Assembly (NCBI GenBank): GCA_029953675.1 | Contig: JAMWBK010000010.1 | Location: 1-64,000 of the forward strand | Direction of reading: 5' to 3' | Origin: Rhodosorus marinus CCMP1338 | Lineage: Eukaryota > Plantae > Rhodophyta | DNA: 64,000 nt | Shown here: positions 55,500-64,000 of the stretch, one piece after another | Numbering within the stretch: the first letter of the stretch is position 1 | Layout of the letters: each line of letters starts with the position of its first letter | Position numbers and translations under genes: made by a program | The notes under the pieces: generated by a model | What the model was told of the DNA's origin: nothing | The model's database searches: none | Seen by the model: the letters and a program-made list of their open reading frames with translations, nothing else

Positions 55500-56150
55500 A
55501 ACCCGGGAATTGTTCCGCGAACCCCCTGCCCGCGTGTCCCCGTTGTTTACCCAGTTAAGTTTCTTGGCTGTGGCGTATGATGAACGGTGCTTTGATGTTG
55601 GAGGCGCGCGATCTTCTCCGTGCTTAGCCTTTTGGTTCCTCTCGGGGTTTTTTTTCTTCAGCCTCCGATTAAACAAATTCATCCAGTGTGTTGACCTGTA
55701 TTTCATTCAACGAAGATGACTATGTTTATTCAGGGACTGGGGAAAAAACGTGAGAGGAACAAGGGATCTACTGAAGGCGAAGATTGAACGAATTTGTTTA
55801 ATCGGAGACTGAAAGAAAAAAAAACCGAGGGGAAAAAAAAGACTAAGCGCGGCGAAGATCGCGCCCCTCCAACATCAAAGCGGCGTTCATACGCCACAGC
55901 AAGAAACTTAACCGGGTAAACGACGAGGACAGCGGTCAGGGTGTTCGCGGAACACTTTCCAAAGAAAACGAGAACCAACGGAATCCACAAACCCAGCGCT
56001 CAATCACCAGAGGTACCAGGCGATGAGCTAGTGCCGAAGCACGAATCCCTGCTGAAGACAAAGCCCCCCGCATACTTCAACTATTTGCGACGTCTCATAC
56101 TCCAGCGACGAACATTAGCACCTCCAACATAAAAGCAGCGTTCATACGCC
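55500..56150. mobile_element. Two diverged family C2 3' fragments arranged tail-to-tail (55500-55685 +, 55790-56150 -)
   Basis: Both carry the C ORF end and the T-rich UTR ending cagcctccgattaaacaaattc. Confidence 0.75.
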
Positions 56151-58698
56151 ACAACAGGACACTCACACTGCTTACCAATGAGGAAATGTCGGTCGGGGCG
56201 CTCGAGGGACAATTCGCGACGACAGCGGGAACCACAAATTTCAGTGGCGTTCAATTTTCGCCTGCCCGAGTATCGGCAAATCCCGGAATCAGACTATAGA
56301 TGCCCTGCTGCCGCGGACCCGACTCGGGCCCGATCTTCCGGGAAATTCTCCGTGTTGAGGGGATCAACTTGATCTCTGGACGCGTTTCCAATGACTGATT
56401 AGCCTAGCCTTGTGGCGTTGTTCAGCCAACCGTATCCTTGGGGCTCGTTCCTTGCGTGGAGTGCCGTTCTTCCTTCTCGCAGTTGTTAGCCCTCAAATAA
56501 AGGTCTTCATGCGTGACCCAAGGGGTACCCGTCCACGGTTGTTAGTTTCACAGTAAAACCCAAGGGGGCGGCACCCCCACCTGGAGGGGTACCACATAAA
56601 AAAAATACGAGTGCAAAAAAGTGCGATAGGGCCTGAAAAAGGGTAAGCAGCGGTAAAAACTGTAAAAAGTGTAGAAGGTGTAAAACGCTATAAACTGAGC
56701 AAAATGCTTTAAGAAAAGCTTAGAAACCACTGGATGTGGTGGGTTCAGAATTTGAGTTTGAGGACAATGACCTCTCACAAACTATTGAAGTTCCCGCGCT
56801 TTTGAGCACCCGTGAATGTCTTATCTATTCTAGGGTTGGGCCAAGTGGGTCGGCCCCCTCTTAAACCCCCCGGTTTTCGCGGGTTCAACCACTTTCGGGT
56901 CGTAAACAACGAAAAACCGGACCCACCAGAACAGGCTTTTGGAGTTTTTTTGGATAACGCTATACATAAATGCATAATTCTAGGGTCAGTCGACCTTAGA
57001 TGCAGTGATAAAAAGTGTAACAAATTAATAAAATTGATAAAAAGTGTATAAAGTGTAAACTTTGTTGGAATTTTCGAGGATTCCCAACCTTGACCAAAGT
57101 CCTGTCAGCCAAACTTCGATGGTTTCTTTATTGTTTCCCTGACCAGTGAGGTCGATATCTCGCACTTAAGTACCTGCTATACTGTGATGATAGTCGATGC
57201 ATTGTACCGTTCTAACTATTTCAAACGTTTGAACCTCTATAAGGTTTTTCTACCGTATACCGTTCGCACATCGGTTCTACCGTATGCATGACGATGTGCG
57301 AATCATCCTTCTACATGCTGAGAGCGTATAGTCACCGCTGACCGCGTGACCTTCCAACAAAATTCTCAAGACGGTAGCACACAAAATTGGAGTCCCCCAC
57401 TCCCTTGGCGTAGACAGGGAGTTGGAATGTCTGGTATGCCTCTAGTTTGACAGGGTTTGTTGTGGTGAACCATTGTTCCAAGCTGGGAGTGAGTTTCTTC
57501 GACTGCTGCGGAGGTCACGAGGTGAGTCGCCGTTGTGAGGCGTCGGACTCTGGCTGAGGTCTCAGGTCTCATTCGGCGTTGGGTAGAAGCGGCAGATATG
57601 AGTAAATGCGTTTGTAGTTTTTCGGAGGAGAGGCTATTCTGTGCAGGTTGTGGGTGCCAGGGGAGCCAGTGTCGAAGACGTCGCTCCTGCATTGCACTAC
57701 TTCGATCACGTCCATATCATCGCGTACTGGACTACCCAAAACCTGGTCCGCGACGCTGTGAACGCTGGAACTATCCAACCTACTCGAGGTACCCCGCTTT
57801 GAAATAACGAATCCAGGCGGTCAAACTCTCCCGACAGACGCCCGACTCCAGCATCCCAGTCGAGTAGGGAAACAGAACTTTACGATAGTCGTCGTTTATT
57901 CAGCGACCACAACCCTAGGAGGAAGAAGCCTAAGCTAGATGAAGAGAACGGGCCTCTTCAGGCTAGGGGTTACCAGGTCGCCCCTGAGCTCCCGATGAAT
58001 TCAAAGACCTGAATAGCAGGGGGAACGAACCGGATTAGCCGGTTTACACTGTACAGATCACACACCCGGCCTTCTGAGGCAGAAGCATCTCGCAATGAGA
58101 ATCGTGCGATCAAGGAGTGTTCCGCCCTTATCTCGTTTGAGACTAATACAGTATAAGAGCCCGAATCCGCATCGTAGGTAGATACTCCAGCTGACGTAGC
58201 GGGCTGGATCTCTAGTATCCGATTCGTGCCCTCTTGCGAGACAACCGGATGTGTCGCAAAAAATCTAGTTTGCGCGGTCCATCCCGGGTACTCTACTTAT
58301 CAACACGCGACTAATCGGACTCTGCTCGTCTCTCAAACGGATGTGCTCGCGGATCCGCGAATATGATCGTGCGTCAACCACGGTCTCTGTTACCTAGGTT
58401 CTCTGGATATGAATTGAGGCGAGTTTCGCCGGTGGCTACTCAAGCCTTTCGCCAACCATGTATCATCGAGCTAAAGCCTGCCCAACTCCTGGAGAATCAC
58501 AAATCGGTTCCCCTGACGAAATCCAACAAACCAGTTGGTCACGAGCGTCAGACACACTTCTCCAGAACATGCGTTGGGCACAAGTCTACCCATCTTGCAC
58601 ACGCTTCCACCATTGCAGCTCAGCAGAGCTGACCGTAATCCAAACACTGCTCCTCCTCGAGAGCTATGTCGTTCAATTCCATCCACCATCCATCCGTT

Positions 58699-61600
58699 CT
58701 AGCGCGATTTTCTGCGACTTCCGCTCCTGTCCTCGAGGCTGTGGCCATTCGATTCTGTCAATGCCTCCCTGGCGGAGTCAATTGCTATCTCCGTGGCTCT
58801 CTCCTTCGTAGGGGCGCTCGAGAGAGATATGACTTCCCCTCCCAACAGAATCGAGCACATTACTTTGGGTCCCTGAAGCGAACTTCTCTCTTCGTACTTG
58901 AACTTGAGACGGAGGTTCAATTCGCCCGCTTTCAAAGTGAGGAAAGCATGTTTCTGTGCTGTACTACTTTGCGCCAATTTCGGAGCCTTTCTTATGAACC
59001 TCAGGAAATGTGGTCTCATCACTTTCCACATTTCTTCAAGTCTACCTCCGGAGTCTAAAAATATTGCGGCAGCAATTGACTCCAAGACGTCCCCCAACAC
59101 CTTCCAGGTTTACGAGACAAACAAAAACAGGTCCACAGGTTAACTGGAAGCTCTGACAACTTGAGACCAGGAAAAAGTCTCAACTCTACACCAATCTTTG
59201 ATGCACACCTTGGGAGCTGCCATCTTCGCGTCGTGCGATTGATTATCAAGGCACTTAACATAGGCCTGCAAACTCTGTGACACGCATTCGGAGTGGTACC
59301 ACAAACATTCGTGCAAACGCAGAGAAACGGATATCACTGCGAAGAAGTCATTGCTCTTGGCGACCGCCGCTAGTTCTGTCAGAGTGCCGGGGGACGCGTC
59401 CGTAAACTTCTCATAAATATAATTCGTTATCATGAAGTTGAGTAGCGAGTCTCCTAAAAACTCAAGCTTCTGCGGGGACACAGGCAAGCAGGAGCTTGAG
59501 CAACTCGTTGTCGTTCTTGAAAGCGCACCCTTCTGGCAACTAGAGCAGATTTGCGTTCTCACGTCCCACCTCGTATGGCGTAGAGGAATCTATGCTCCTA
59601 TGTGTTACAGCTTGCATGAAAAGCGCAGGATTCCTAAACTTGTATTTCAACGCCTTCTCCGCAATAGAAAGCCGCCTCTCCTGATCCGCGCAGAGAGCGC
59701 TGTTCGAGTCCAGAAGACGCTCCACTCGAAACTGACCATAAAAGTCTAGGCAAATAGCGTGGACGATGAGCGATAAAAATGATCATTCAGGATCCTGGAA
59801 TCCTCAGCACCCAATGGCGAGGGCTTGAGGTAATGCTCTCCCTCAGGGCCATGGAAACCTCGAGAAGTGTTGATTAAAAATTCCGGTTGTATAGCTTCCG
59901 AGAATACGCACCAGTTTGAATGCCGATTCGGTTGAGGAAACTTTCGACCGCAGGGATTTTCCCTAAAGTAAAAAACAAACCTGTGATTGCTTCCATACAG
60001 TCCGCTAGTAGCTTGACAGCCAACTTTGTCATGCTTTGGTTCTCCAAGACTGACCCAAAGCGAGTTGGCCAGAGTCGAAGCTTGTTGGACTTCGTGGTGT
60101 ACTGAAGCGCCTTCTCCACATGAAAGGCTCTTGCCATCTGATAGGGAAGACACAGAGCTCAGATTTATTGTCCGCTTCAAAGTGTTGGCGGAATTACCGA
60201 AGCACCACGGGTAGGTAGCTCACCTTGCAGAGGTTCTGGTTTGATACTTGCTCTTTCCGGTAGAACGTGAAGCCTGCTTGCGAAAAGTTTGGATTGTTCT
60301 TAAAAATAGAAGTAGACGATACCATATTCAGAACTGAGTCCCCAATAAACTCATGTCGTTCGTAGCAGTGCCGGGGGTCCATATTGTTAATGAAGGGAAA
60401 CAGCGCGTAGCTGAAATGCACAATGTCCAGTTGAGAATCCGGGTCTAATCGAGATTGGGCTTCATTCACGCCCATAAACCTATCCATGAAACAGTTAGGT
60501 CGTTGCAGTAACATAACGAGCAACCTTAATTTTTTGAAGTACACGAAGTACCGCAAGTGCTTACCTTTCCAAATGGACCAACTGCTTAACACAGTGAATC
60601 GAATAAGCATCGATAGGTACGCGCACACATAGCTCATCTCTAAGATATAATAGTCTGTCGTTCTTGCCAGAAAACTCAAACGGGCTGGGCCTTCGTACTT
60701 CCAACAAAAGGCTCTCGTCCCCTTCCCTCAAGAGCGTCTTCGCAACGCTGTCCCTTAGCTTTCTGAAGTGCTCGTCAGATTCCCCTCGCGGTCGTACAAC
60801 TTCTCCCGTGACCATGGGTTGCATCATCTCGTCCGCACGGTAAAGCACAACTGATTTGCGAAGCGAGCTTACCAGTCGGTCACGACAGCTGAGCAAAACA
60901 TTGACACGGTGAGTTAGCTAAGGATTTTGGGACTTCATCAGCAGTACTTTGGCGAAACTCACCCCGGGGCTGTCTTTGTGGGCCCGTGTTCCAGGGAAAA
61001 CTTGAAGCGGTTGAGATCTGCCACAACATCCCAGAGTACAGAACCATCCTTCTCGACCGGCAGAAGCAGGTATTCCGGTGTTGCCCAGTTCACATCCCGA
61101 AGAACCAGAGATTGAAGCACTGTGTTAGACGCTAGGGCGAAAATCCTGCGCGAGTACTCTCGCGCCCGACTAATCTGCAGCAAGTCGAGATCAATCGTTC
61201 CTCGCGGTTCCAAGTTAACGATCCGTTCCCCCGTCGGGAGCTGGTAACAGAAAGGAAGAACAGACTTTCATTACCAACTGCTCCAATTCAAACGGCAAGG
61301 TACATGGCCCTTTCGTTCTGAACTACAACCGAACGGGGTGTAGGCGTCCAAGTGCAGTCCAGGATCTTGGGCCATACCTTCACGATCACCAGTTGCGAGT
61401 TTTCGAGCGGTTGACGTGTCAAAAGAGCGTTGGAATACCACAAGTAGTCCTTTGTCTCCCCCTCCTGCATTGCAGTTGATAGCAGGTTAAACATGTAAAC
61501 ATGAAGTCTCCAAGACCGACAGCGGAGGAGCGCAAGATCATCGTGGTAAGGATCTTCGATCCACTTCAGAACTGATGGGCTCGATATGTAAACGTCTTCC

Positions 61601-63651
61601 TCGTGATCCGCGTTTGTTTGTGAAGGTTGTGAAGCCTTGCTCATAAGCCCACTTGGAAGCTGAGTCTTAAACTGCGCGCTGCGTCCAAGGTATCCCAACT
61701 GCGTCAAAAGTTTGTACATGCGTATTGACACCGAGAGCTTCGCCACTCGCTTCGATATGGAAACTGGACTAGCCAAGCTCTTCAAAGCAAACACGTCCGG
61801 CATCGACAACGTGCACCGGACTCTGTTGTTCCGCGTTACCTCAAACTCGTAACTGCAACGGTGGCTATAGCTCAGCATAAAACGGACACCACTATTTAAC
61901 AGACAGCAATCGTATGCCTTCACAACTTACCGCGGGGCCTCTGAGCTGGTATAGGCAAAGCAAAAGTTTTGCAGAATCTTGACGCTCTCGGAGGGAGTCA
62001 TCGGTCCGTCTCGCCAATCAACATCGACGAAATACCTCTCTGCTTTCAATGACTCCTCGCGAAGTGTTGTTCTCGAGACAAATGCAAGCTTAGCATGTGG
62101 GTCCTCAGGTTCTTCCTCGATTTCCTTCGTCATACAGCGCGCCGTGGTTAGGGTCCTTCGCCGAAGGCATTGAAGCCAAAAAAAAAGAAGCAAAATGGGG
62201 TGGAGTCAGATCGGCTTACAGAGTCTTCATCCATGGTTGTTTGAGATCTATTCCAATCATCCACAGCGTCCAGTTCCATTGTCGAAACTTCCGGCTCAAG
62301 TGAAGTTTCCATTCCATGGTTCGACTCGCCATTGGTCCCCCCGTCGGTTGTCACTTCCCCTCCTTTTTCTTCTGCAAGCACAATAACCTCTTCACTTTCG
62401 TCATCTAAGTTGACTACAGGTTCAAGATAGTTGGCTGTCGGGGAAGTCTCGTTGTCGGAAATTTCCAAAACATCCAGCACTCTATTCAGGCTAGAACCCT
62501 TCCGTTCTGAGGAGGGTCTGGCGGCAAAGGCCGGAGAGCAAGAAGACGCTGTTAATGGTCGTGGGCAACATCGTAATACTCGTCAACAGTTTTCTACCTA
62601 GTGCAGTATTACATGACGAGCATTGACGACCAAGCTGCGCGTTTCACCTCCAGTAGCCGCTCAAGTATAGCCCAAACGATGGTGCCTGTTTGCTAAGAAG
62701 CAGGGTATTTCGGCAGTTTCCTAGAAATACTCTCCCACTTAACATACTGGTGCCTTCACTGCAACATTATCATGTGCGTTGGTTTGTCGAGGACTTGGAA
62801 GCCTGGCATAGAAACGCTCGTGCAACTACGGGCTAACCTAAAGCAGAAATTTTCTACTAAAAACAAAAGGAAAAGCCAAGAGGCATGCTGGAATTATCTA
62901 ACCTCGATTCTACGCCAGTTTCTGCATTGCCACCAACCGCCCGTTGCTGCGGCAAAGGAGTGAACTCCGTTTTCCAGGTCTCCTGCAGTCGGTGATCGTG
63001 CTCATTCTGCGAAGCAGCAGATCGCAGCCCTTGGGGTTCCCGCGGACAGCTCTTATCCGGTGCAACCTCCTCCGCCCTTCCTATATCCTGACATAAGACG
63101 AAGTTGCCGTGAGCGCTCCGGCGCTCGAACCTAACCCCAGTGCTTCATCACCGCTCCACTACCTACCTGAGCTGTACGCTTTCGAGACTGGATTGGAGGC
63201 TTAGGACCAGCCGTAGACTTCAAATCTACGAAACCATCCGATACCAAACGCTGAACAACCCCAAAAGCTGCGATCTCTTTAGCCATTTTCTTCGACGCCG
63301 AGCTTCCTGCGCCCGTACATATTACTGGGCTAGCCTTTGGCATAGTAACCTGGCAAACATAGTCTCCATCCCCTCCAGAACGAAAAGTGTAGCTTGAGTT
63401 ACAGAGAAATCGATCAGGTTATTAGCAATGAAAATTTTCTAGATATGGGTGGGCGTGCACTGCAATCACCTTGGTGGCCTACCAGCACAATGCCTGAGGC
63501 AGTAGTCCATCAGCACACGCGTACACTGCTCAACACCGGCGACGTCAGTATCCATCGTTGAAACCAGCGCTCGTGCGGAATTCCCATCTAAGGAATAGCA
63601 AGTAGACCAAATCAAAATCAAAATCCCGCTGCGATACCTACCCAGCAACAA
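58699..63651 (-). CDS. DCL: Dicer-like RNase III protein, multi-exon; 5' end not resolved and may continue past the window
   Basis: RNase IIIa YERHEFIGDS...LLADCMEA. RNase IIIb LKYKFRNPALFMQAVTHRS, QKLEFLGDS, PK|VLGDVLESIAAAIFLDSG. C-terminal dsRBD. Dimerisation-domain-like SKKMAKEIAAF..L..GFVD. GT-AG introns (e.g. 59101-59208). Confidence 0.9.
59101..59208 (-). other. 108-nt GT-AG intron in the Dicer-like gene
   Basis: Removing it restores the conserved PKVLGDVLES motif (ccc aag|gtg ttg). Confidence 0.8.
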
Positions 63652-64000
63652 CTCATCCGATTCGCATCAGCTTGATGACGTCGGAATCAAACTACGGTGA
63701 ACATGGCAAGTCATAACTTAGTTCCCTACCACGAACGCTTCAGCTCACCTAAACATATCTCAGCAAATCGCAGGCCCCAATACAGGTCTTGAACCTCCCC
63801 AAAATCGAAATATATTTCTCTAGATTAAATAGACAGCAGATTAGGCCAGTTTCCAAGGCTTACAGTGTTTAGCGGTTTCGCCCTTTTTCTTCGATTAATC
63901 AGCACGAGCTCAAATTCCCGGTGACTCCTACTCGGAGCTCAGAGCTCGCATTTTGCTCCGTTTTACCACCTTAAATGGCTTATGAAGAGTTTTGACTTTT

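Noticed and set aside
56600-57060. Degenerate AAAAAGTGT repeats as transposon subterminal repeats
   Set aside because: No terminal inverted repeats, TSD or transposase could be identified.

Overview
This is a eukaryotic left chromosome end; the host cannot be named from sequence, but short GT-AG introns and a Dicer gene suggest a compact-genome alga or protist. It opens with an unusual 16-nt telomere-like repeat, (GGGGTTACGTTAGTCT)n, which flips orientation at ~480. About 55 kb of subtelomere follows, built mostly from three related non-LTR retrotransposon families with RT plus a restriction-like endonuclease (CRE/MoTeR/Cnl1-like), here called T, A and C. Each has a separate ORF1 sharing one conserved domain. 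Two broken Ty1/copia elements and two embedded secreted-protein genes are also present. Family T inserts at the telomeric GGTTAC motif, including an ectopic telomere-mimic site inside a copia integrase (7-bp TSD), and couples ORF1 to ORF2 through a UAAUG stop-start. Family A ends in short tandem-repeat tails (AGTAAAGTCC / AATAAAACC) and inserts at AGT/AAT microhomologies. Family C shows no target preference and leaves 12-110-nt micro-insertions with TSDs. Short interstitial and inverted telomere-repeat junctions recur (1.1, 3.3, 16.5, 32.5, 54.6 kb), suggesting repeated break-heal-insert and end-capture cycles. The clearest conserved gene proximal to the array is a multi-exon Dicer-like gene (58.7 to at least 63.6 kb, minus strand) with two apparent dsRBD-like dimerisation domains.
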